From assembly GCA_964424365.1 (NCBI GenBank), contig CAYRJF010000001.1, positions 1 to 30,209 on the forward strand: DNA of 30,209 nt, in the 5' to 3' direction. Under the pieces are notes generated by a model. The model ran no database searches, had not been told where the DNA came from, and was given only the letters and a program-made list of their open reading frames with translations. A program made the translations under genes and the position numbers. Of this stretch, positions 1 to 6,479 are shown in pieces; within the stretch, counting starts at the first letter, position 1; the number at the start of each line of letters is the position of its first letter. This stretch comes from an uncultured Gammaproteobacteria bacterium (GTDB taxonomy: Bacteria > Patescibacteriota > Patescibacteriia > Patescibacteriales > JAGXOH01).

Positions 1-6
1 GTAATA

Positions 7-27
7 GTGGACGCACTAGGACTCGAA
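7..27 (-). repeat. 21-bp direct copy of the tRNA-Val 3' end (T-loop to acceptor), att-like
   Basis: gtggacgcactaggactcgaa at 7-27 is identical to 189-209 inside tRNA-Val. Confidence 0.9.
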
Positions 28-148
28 GGGGCGGAAGCCCCAACACCGGGCGGCTTTGCGTTGAATATTTTTGTTTTTAAACTTCTTGCGTTCGGACAAG
101 TTACTGAAGTAGTCTAGCACGTTCACTAGGTTCTCGATACTAGTAATT

Positions 149-192
149 CCACCAGTAAAAAAGCCCGCCTAAGCGGGCTTTTTTACTGGTGG
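149..192. terminator. Perfect 20-bp inverted repeat, intrinsic terminator of tRNA-Val, overlapping the CCA end
   Basis: ccaccagtaaaaaagcccgc-ctaa-gcgggcttttttactggtgg; GC stem with T6 on both strands. Confidence 0.85.
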
Positions 193-263
193 ACGCACTA
201 GGACTCGAACCTAGGACCCCTTCGGTGTAAACGAAGTGCTCTAGCCAACTGAGCTATGCGTCC
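187..263 (-). tRNA. tRNA-Val(TAC), CCA encoded
   Basis: Cloverleaf: acceptor GGACGCA/TGCGTCC, anticodon arm CTTCG-TTTACAC-CGAAG, T arm CTAGG-TTCGAGT-CCTAG, ACCA end. Confidence 0.97.
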
Positions 264-270
264 GATTCTC

Positions 271-298
271 ATTTAAGATTTATGATTTATGATTTTAA
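271..298. repeat. Degenerate 7-bp tandem repeat (4 units)
   Basis: ATTTAAG ATTTATG ATTTATG ATTTTAA. Confidence 0.7.
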
Positions 299-318
299 AA
301 ACAATTTCTTAACAATCT

Positions 319-378
319 TTCGTGAAGTTCCGTGTATCTTCCGCATAGTTCCGCGTACATTCAGCGAAATTCCGCGAG
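319..378. repeat. Degenerate 9-11-bp tandem repeat (6 units, TTCCGYG-like core)
   Basis: TTCGTGAAG TTCCGTGTATC TTCCGCATAG TTCCGCGTACA TTCAGCGAAA TTCCGCGAG. Confidence 0.8.
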
Positions 379-402
379 TTAAAATTTTTACTTTTAACTA
401 AG

Positions 403-486
403 TGCGGATGAGAGGATTTGAACCTCCACGGCCCTAAGGGCCACAAGCCCCTCAAGCTTGCGTGTCTACCATTCCACCACATCCGC
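403..486 (-). tRNA. tRNA-Leu(GAG), CCA not encoded
   Basis: Acceptor GCGGATG/CATCCGC, anticodon arm CAAGC-TTGAGGG-GCTTG, long variable arm GGCCC-TTA-GGGCC, T loop TTCAAAT. Confidence 0.96.
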
Positions 487-515
487 TTGTTTAACTCGCT
501 TAAAGGGCCGAAAGT

Positions 516-1043
516 TTAAGACACCTTTTTTTCTTTTAATCTCTTTTTATATCCTCTCTTTAAGAAATAAAGTTTGGATCTGCGCACCTTGGCTTGTTTT
601 TTAATCTCAATTCTGGTAATAGTGGGCAAATTTAAAGGGAAAATCTTTTCCACTCCAATACCATTAACCACCCGGTGGACTGTTATGCTCCCTCCGGCTT
701 CTGTGTTGTGTTTTTTAGCAATTATAATTCCTTCGAAATACTGAATTCTTTCCTTTTCCTCCTTTTTCATGTTAAGCTCCTTAATCTTTTGATAAACCCG
801 AACAGTCATTCCCGGTTTTAACTCGGAAGCGTCGGGGATATCTTTTTCTTCTTTTTTTTCTTCGGTTTCCGAATCTTTGGTGTTGTCCTCGGAATCAGGG
901 ATTTCTTTTTTCTCTTCTTGCTTTGTCTCTGCGTCAGAGACCTCTTTTCCCTCTTTTGGCTCCTGAGTTTCTTCTGTATTTTTTGTTTCTTCTTCAGAAG
1001 TATTTTGCTCTTCTTTGTTTTTTTCCTCTTGTTTGTCAGACAT
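516..1043 (-). CDS. rplS: 50S ribosomal protein L19 with about 70-aa acidic N-terminal extension
   Basis: L19 core motifs LKPGMTVRV, ERIQYFEGIII, GVEKIFP-like GIGVEKIFP, KVRRSKLYFL. Confidence 0.95.
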   Translation of the reverse strand: MSDKQEEKNKEEQNTSEEETKNTEETQEPKEGKEVSDAETKQEEKKEIPDSEDNTKDSETEEKKEEKDIPDASELKPGMTVRVYQKIKELNMKKEEKERIQYFEGIIIAKKHNTEAGGSITVHRVVNGIGVEKIFPLNLPTITRIEIKKQAKVRRSKLYFLKRGYKKRLKEKKVS

Positions 1044-1234
1044 ATAAAAAATTTAAACTAAATTCACTCTGCTGACATGCGTCAGCCTTAGGTTTGAATT
1101 AAAAATTATTTTAAAAGCTTCAAAAACTTTTGAAGCTTTAAGGCCTACAAATATCGCTCAAACGAAATTTGCAGGCCTTATAAAAAAATAGAATCTCGAT
1201 TCTATTGCGTGTGTCACCTCTAATTGTTTTTCTA

Positions 1235-1263
1235 ATGTTACAACGGAAAACAATTACTGTCAA
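1235..1263 (-). promoter_or_regulatory. sigma70-type promoter for rplS, overlapping the cmk stop codon
   Basis: TTGACA (1263-1258), 17 bp, TAACAT (1240-1235). Confidence 0.7.
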
Positions 1264-1826
1264 GACTTGGAAGCCAGTTTTTCTTTTACTATTTTAAAAA
1301 TTTTCTGAAAAGCTTCTTCCGGGCTCAAATTGGTCGTATCCACAACAAAATCATAATTACTCTCCTTAAAAACATCTATACCAAAATATTTTTGATATCT
1401 TTTTATATCACTTTGTCTTCTGTTTTTAATGCTTTCTAACGCGTCCTCCGCAGATTGAAATTTTTTATCTTCATTTCTCTCCTCACTATCTTGAGCCGCG
1501 TTATAGATACGCCGGGCCGCCTCCTTATCGTCCACTTTTACAAAAAATTTTAAAGACTGAGGGATAAAATACCAGGAAGTTCTGCCTTCAATCACAAAAT
1601 TATCCTTCTTTTTCCCGAGTTCTTCTTGATATTTGTCCACTTCCAAATCAGTGGAAGGATCTGTCTCTCCCAATTTGTTGTATTCCGCTAAAGTTAGGCC
1701 TCTTTCTTTAGCTTTTTGCCTGCGCATCCCGCCGATATAATAATACGGCCACTTAAGCTCACGAGCCAATCTCCTGGCAATGGTGCTTTTGCCCGATCCG
1801 GCTTCACCTCCGAAGGATATAATCAT
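1260..1826 (-). CDS. cmk: Cytidylate kinase, archaeal/COG1102-like NMP kinase
   Basis: P-loop GEAGSGKST, then G.MRRQKAKERGLTLAEYNKLGE, DLEVD, VIEGR, R.SD..RY.KY, DFVVDT. Confidence 0.8.
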   Translation of the reverse strand: MIISFGGEAGSGKSTIARRLARELKWPYYYIGGMRRQKAKERGLTLAEYNKLGETDPSTDLEVDKYQEELGKKKDNFVIEGRTSWYFIPQSLKFFVKVDDKEAARRIYNAAQDSEERNEDKKFQSAEDALESIKNRRQSDIKRYQKYFGIDVFKESNYDFVVDTTNLSPEEAFQKIFKIVKEKLASKS

Positions 1827-1833
1827 AGCTACT

Positions 1834-1949
1834 TTAAAAACTTTTTTGAAAAAAGTTTTTAACCTTTTTCAAAAATTTAAGGTATCTTAAAATTTTTTAA
1901 CAGCGATCCGCCGGCTGGCGGACTGATGGCCGTTAAAAATTTTTAAGAT
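1834..1949. repeat. Cluster of inverted repeats in the cmk-smc divergent intergenic region
   Basis: 14-bp perfect IR 1834-1862; 18-bp IR with 1 mismatch 1884-1901/1932-1949 enclosing tccgcc-ggct-ggcgga (1907-1922). Confidence 0.75.
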
Positions 1950-2012
1950 TATAATTAATTACTTATTTGTTGTTTAGAATATTTACTTTTATTTAAACTC
2001 AATTTTCTTAAT

Positions 2013-2042
2013 TTGGCAAATCTTTTCAAAATAAGTTATAAT
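2013..2042 (+). promoter_or_regulatory. Candidate sigma70 promoter for smc
   Basis: TTGGCA (2013-2018), 18 bp, TATAAT (2037-2042). Confidence 0.55.
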
Positions 2043-2136
2043 GAATTTAACAACAAAATGTATTTATAAAATTGATTACACTTATATAATACAAAATTTG
2101 TGTTATTTGTGTTTGATTTGTGTATTTGTAATTAGT

Positions 2137-4782
2137 ATGTATTTAGAAAAACTGGAAATTCAAGGATTTAAGTCTTTTGCCACCAAAAACAAACTTACTT
2201 TTCCCGGAGCCGTGGGAGGTGAAAAAAGAGGAATCACGGCCATTGTGGGTCCCAACGGGTCGGGCAAATCCAATATCGCCGATGCCATTCGCTGGGTTTT
2301 GGGCGAACAAAGCATGAAAAGTCTCAGGGCCAAGCTGGGAGAAGATGTGATTTTTTCCGGAACTAAAAACAAAGGCAAACAGAACCTGGCTGAAGTTTCT
2401 CTGTATCTAAATAATCAAAGTGAAAAAGAGGGGGGCGTGGGAAACAAAGCCCCGATTCCTTACAGTGAAATGGTTTTAACTCGCCGAGTTTATAGAAACG
2501 GGGAAAATGAATATTTAATTAACAATAACAAAACCAAACTCTCGGAAATCCAAATGCTTTTGGCCAAAGCTAATTTCGGCCAAAAAACTTATAGCGTGAT
2601 TGGCCAAGGCATGGTGGAAGACTTTCTTAAAGTAAGCCCCAAGGAAAGAAAAGAGTTTTTTGACGAAGCCACCGGAATCAAAGAATTTCAAATCAAAAGA
2701 GAGACCTCCTTAAACAAGCTCATTAATAGTTATAAAAATCTGGAGCAGGCCCAAGCCCTGCTTAAAGAGATTGAGCCACACCTACGCTCCTTAACTCGCC
2801 AAGTAAATAAACTGCAAAAAAAGGACAAACTGGAAACCGAACTAAACACCCTTTTAAAAAGATTTTTCAAGTACAGGTGGCACAAATTAAACGACCAATT
2901 TATTCATTTTAATAATCAATTTTTGGAAACCGAAAAAGAAAAAAACTCCCAAGAAGCAAAGCTGATTTCTTTAAATAAAGAATTTAATCAAATTCAGGAA
3001 GAAAAGGGGGTGAGCGAGGAGTTTGGTTATTGGTCAGAGGTTATTTCTGATTTGCAAAAAAAACGCGAGACCCTGGTCGGAAAACTCGCCACCCTGGAAG
3101 CGCAAAAAAAATTGCAACTGGAAGCCAAGGGAAACTTTGACCTGTCTTGGCTGTTTACCCGCCAAAAAGAACTGGGAACAGAAATCAGACAACAAAAACA
3201 AGAAACCCAAAAATTGGAGACAAGCTTAAAAACCAAACAGGCAAAACTGGAAAGCCTGGAAAAAAACATCTCCGATTTAAGGGGAAAAGTCAACGAACTA
3301 AACCAAAATTTAAGAGAAACCTTTCAAAAAAGCGCTCAAGGTGAGGCCCGGGACCCGAAACTGCAAACCGAGCTGGAAAACATCAATCAAGAATTAAAAA
3401 ACATCTCCTCTTGGAAAGACATTGAAAAAATCAAAAAATCTTTAAACGAATTAAGGGATAAAGTTAAAAAGCTATTAAGCCTGGACGGAGAAAAAGACAA
3501 GACCTTGAAAGAGGAGCAGAAAAAAATAAATCAAGAACTGGAAGAAAAAAACAAACAACTAGAAAACTATTATCAAAACAAAAGCGCTCTAAGCGCCGAA
3601 CTTAACACTTTAAAAGAAAAGCTGTCTCTTTTAGAAAGTCAAATCAAAAGAAGTGAGGAAGAGCAAAAAGAAGTAAAAGAAAAAATTCAAAAATATTCTA
3701 AAAAAGGTGATGAAAACCAAAAAACCGAAGAAAAAAATCAAGAAAAACTGGAAGAAGAGCGGAAAAAAATTGACCAAGAAATAAACAAGGCCCGGGAAAA
3801 ATTGAGCCGGCTAGGAGAAGTGGAGAAAGAAAAAAAAGAAAAAATTTCCGCCTTGCAACAAAAAAGTCAAAACCTCCAACAAGAAATCAATCATCTTAAC
3901 AACCGCTTAAACGATTTTAAAATTAAATCCACCAAATACGAAACCAAACTGGAGGACCTGGAGGGGGAAATTAAGCAATCCCTGACAGGCTCCTTAAAAG
4001 AAATTAAACAAAACCGACTAAAGGGAAAAATTAATCCCGAAGAAACTCAAGTTGAAATAAAGAAACTGGAAAACCAATTAAGCCAAATCGGCGGGATCGA
4101 CCCGGAAACCGAAACCGAATATTACCAAACCAAAGAAAAACACGACTTTTTAACCGAACAAATCTCTGACCTGGAAAAAGCCATAAAAAGTTTGGAAAAC
4201 ATTATTAAGGAATTAGATGTAAACATTAAAGAAAAGTTTGAAAAAGAGTTTAAGCGAATCCACAAAAATTTTGAAAAATATTTTAAAATTCTTTTCAGCG
4301 GAGGAGAAGCCAAAATCAAAACCATTCCCTACCTGGAAGAAGAGTCAGACGAAGAAAGAGAAAAGTCGGAGCAAAAAGACAAAATCACCAGACTGGCCAA
4401 AAGCAGTGCCACCGGGATTGAAGGAATTGACATCCAGGTTCACCCTCCGGGTAAAAAAATTACCTCTATTTCCATGCTCTCCGGGGGGGAGAAGGCATTA
4501 ACCGCAATCGCCCTGATTTGCGCCATAATTAGCGCCAACCCTTCACCTTTTGTGGTTCTGGACGAAGTGGACGCCGCCCTGGATGAAGCAAATTCGGAAC
4601 GTTTTGCTAAAATTTTAGACGATCTCTCTTATAAGACTCAATTTATTTTAATCACCCACAACCGAGCCAGCATGCACAAAGCCAACGTCCTTTACGGCAC
4701 TACCATGGATGAAAGCGGAATTAGTAAACTTTTGAGTATACAGATGGAAAGCCAAGAAGCACAAAATCAAAAATCCAAATAA
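2137..4782 (+). CDS. smc: SMC-family chromosome segregation ATPase, short form (881 aa). True start ATG 2137, not 2041
   Basis: MYLEKLEIQGFKSF, Walker A GPNGSGKSN, DAIRWVLGE, Q-loop VIGQG, signature LSGGEK, Walker B/D-loop VVLDEVDAALD, H-loop ITH; long coiled coil. Confidence 0.93.
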   Translation: MYLEKLEIQGFKSFATKNKLTFPGAVGGEKRGITAIVGPNGSGKSNIADAIRWVLGEQSMKSLRAKLGEDVIFSGTKNKGKQNLAEVSLYLNNQSEKEGGVGNKAPIPYSEMVLTRRVYRNGENEYLINNNKTKLSEIQMLLAKANFGQKTYSVIGQGMVEDFLKVSPKERKEFFDEATGIKEFQIKRETSLNKLINSYKNLEQAQALLKEIEPHLRSLTRQVNKLQKKDKLETELNTLLKRFFKYRWHKLNDQFIHFNNQFLETEKEKNSQEAKLISLNKEFNQIQEEKGVSEEFGYWSEVISDLQKKRETLVGKLATLEAQKKLQLEAKGNFDLSWLFTRQKELGTEIRQQKQETQKLETSLKTKQAKLESLEKNISDLRGKVNELNQNLRETFQKSAQGEARDPKLQTELENINQELKNISSWKDIEKIKKSLNELRDKVKKLLSLDGEKDKTLKEEQKKINQELEEKNKQLENYYQNKSALSAELNTLKEKLSLLESQIKRSEEEQKEVKEKIQKYSKKGDENQKTEEKNQEKLEEERKKIDQEINKAREKLSRLGEVEKEKKEKISALQQKSQNLQQEINHLNNRLNDFKIKSTKYETKLEDLEGEIKQSLTGSLKEIKQNRLKGKINPEETQVEIKKLENQLSQIGGIDPETETEYYQTKEKHDFLTEQISDLEKAIKSLENIIKELDVNIKEKFEKEFKRIHKNFEKYFKILFSGGEAKIKTIPYLEEESDEEREKSEQKDKITRLAKSSATGIEGIDIQVHPPGKKITSISMLSGGEKALTAIALICAIISANPSPFVVLDEVDAALDEANSERFAKILDDLSYKTQFILITHNRASMHKANVLYGTTMDESGISKLLSIQMESQEAQNQKSK

Positions 4783-4858
4783 CAAATCAAAACCTAAATT
4801 CTAAAATCCAAATTTTTTAATATAATTTTGACATTGGGGCTTAAGATTTTGGACTTAA
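4763..4858. repeat. Heptamer-periodic tract with a mirrored (T-rich) second half, spanning the smc stop
   Basis: AAATCAA AAATCCA AATAACA AATCAAA ACCTAAA TTCTAAA ATCCAAA ... TTTTGAC ATTGGGG CTTAAGA TTTTGGA. Confidence 0.65.
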
Positions 4859-4885
4859 AAAATTATTCTTAATTTTTTGCAATTT

Positions 4886-6406
4886 ATGTCTTCCCAAATC
4901 ATCTCAGCCACTGTGGTGGGGATAAACGCGGAGTTAATCGAGGTGGAAGCTGACACCAAAGGAGGAGGAGAGCTTGGTTCGATTGCGATTGTGGGTTTAC
5001 CGGACACGGCTGTCTCTGAGGCTAAAGAACGAGTCAGAAGCGCGATAAAAAACTGCGACCTAAGTTTCCCGAAAATAAAATTAACCATTAACTTAGCACC
5101 GGCCCATTTAAAAAAGCAAGGGTCGGGCCTGGATCTTCCGATCGCCATAAGCACATTACTAAATTCCGGGGTGCTTCCGGAAAAAAACGACTACCAAAAA
5201 AGTCTTTTTTTAGGAGAATTGGCTTTAAACGGCAGGCTTAGGCCGGTGGAAGGGGTTTTACCTATGGCCATTAAAGCAAAAAGGGAAGGTTTTGAAACTT
5301 TATACGTCCCCGAGGATAACGCTGAAGAAGCTAAGCTTATTAAATCTTTAGAAATTGTTCCGGTCAAAGATTTGAAACAACTTACCGAACACTTGCAGGG
5401 CAAAAAAGAAATTAAACCGCAAGTTTATAAAAGACCGGAGCTTTTAAACTCGGCTCCGGTTTATGACATGGCTTTTATTAAGGGTCAGGAACAAGCCAAG
5501 AGAGCTCTGGAGATCGCGGCCGCCGGCAACCACAACCTCTTAATGACCGGGTCTCCGGGAGCGGGGAAAACTATGCTTGCCCAGGCATTGCCTTCGATTC
5601 TACCGGACTTAAAGCTTGAAGAGGCCCTGGATGTAACCCGGATTTACAGCGTGGCGGGCGAACTTTTAAATCAAAACCGCCTTATCACTAACCGCCCTTT
5701 TCGCTCACCTCATCATACCGCCTCGGCGGTATCTTTAACCGGGGGAGGAACCACCCCTCGGCCGGGGGAAATCTCCCTGGCCCACAGAGGAGTTTTGTTT
5801 TTGGATGAACTGCCCGAATTTTCCAAGCACATTTTGGAAAACTTACGCCAACCCCTAGAGGAAGGGATTATTCAAATTAGCCGGGCCAATAATTCAGTTA
5901 AATTTCCGGCCAATTTTATCTTAATCGCGGCCATGAACCCCTGTCCTTGCGGATACTATGGAGATGAGGAAAAAGAGTGTGTTTGCGGTGCCAGTCAAGT
6001 CTTAAATTATCAAAAGAAAATTTCCGGTCCAATCTTGGATAGAATTGACCTGCAAATTAAAACTCCTCGGGTTAAGTTTGAAAAAATCGCCGAGAAAAAC
6101 CCGGAAGAGCCGTCCCGAGAAATTAAAGAAAGGGTGGAAAAAGCTCGAGACCTGCAAAAAAATCGCTACGGAAGAGAAACTTTTCAGTTAAACGGAAATA
6201 TAGGCTCGGAAACAGTTAAAAAAGTTTGCTCTCTTGATAAAGAATCGGAGGAAATTTTAAAACAGGCTGTGGAAAAATTAAAGCTGAGCCCCAGAAGTTA
6301 TTTTAAAATTTTAAAAGTAACCCGAACCATTGCCGACCTGGAAGAATCAAGAGACATACAAAAAACACATCTTTCCGAGGCCTTACAATACCGATTTTCT
6401 GATTGA
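4886..6406 (+). CDS. comM: ComM/YifB family Mg-chelatase-like AAA+ ATPase. Start ATG 4886
   Basis: IVGLPDTAVSEAKERVRSA, TINLAPAHLKKQGSGLDLPIA, Walker A GSPGAGKT, RPFRSPHH, PGEISLAH.GVLFLDELPEF, AAMNPCPCG. Confidence 0.95.
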   Translation: MSSQIISATVVGINAELIEVEADTKGGGELGSIAIVGLPDTAVSEAKERVRSAIKNCDLSFPKIKLTINLAPAHLKKQGSGLDLPIAISTLLNSGVLPEKNDYQKSLFLGELALNGRLRPVEGVLPMAIKAKREGFETLYVPEDNAEEAKLIKSLEIVPVKDLKQLTEHLQGKKEIKPQVYKRPELLNSAPVYDMAFIKGQEQAKRALEIAAAGNHNLLMTGSPGAGKTMLAQALPSILPDLKLEEALDVTRIYSVAGELLNQNRLITNRPFRSPHHTASAVSLTGGGTTPRPGEISLAHRGVLFLDELPEFSKHILENLRQPLEEGIIQISRANNSVKFPANFILIAAMNPCPCGYYGDEEKECVCGASQVLNYQKKISGPILDRIDLQIKTPRVKFEKIAEKNPEEPSREIKERVEKARDLQKNRYGRETFQLNGNIGSETVKKVCSLDKESEEILKQAVEKLKLSPRSYFKILKVTRTIADLEESRDIQKTHLSEALQYRFSD

Positions 6407-6434
6407 ATTTTATATTTTCATTAAACAAAATTTG

Positions 6435-6443
6435 TGTTATAAT
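6435..6443 (+). promoter_or_regulatory. Extended -10 promoter element upstream of the solute-binding lipoprotein
   Basis: TGtTATAAT, 36 nt before ATG 6480. Confidence 0.55.
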
Positions 6444-6479
6444 ATTTATACGAAGAAAATACTTCTAAAGCTTAGTTTT

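Noticed and set aside
2041-2136. N-terminal 32 aa of the ORF-track SMC
   Set aside because: It overlaps the predicted promoter and repeat tract; the family N-terminus MYLEKLEIQGFKSF starts at ATG 2137.
6330-6479. N-terminal 50 aa of the ORF-track solute-binding protein
   Set aside because: It overlaps the comM 3' end; the lipoprotein signal peptide begins at ATG 6480.
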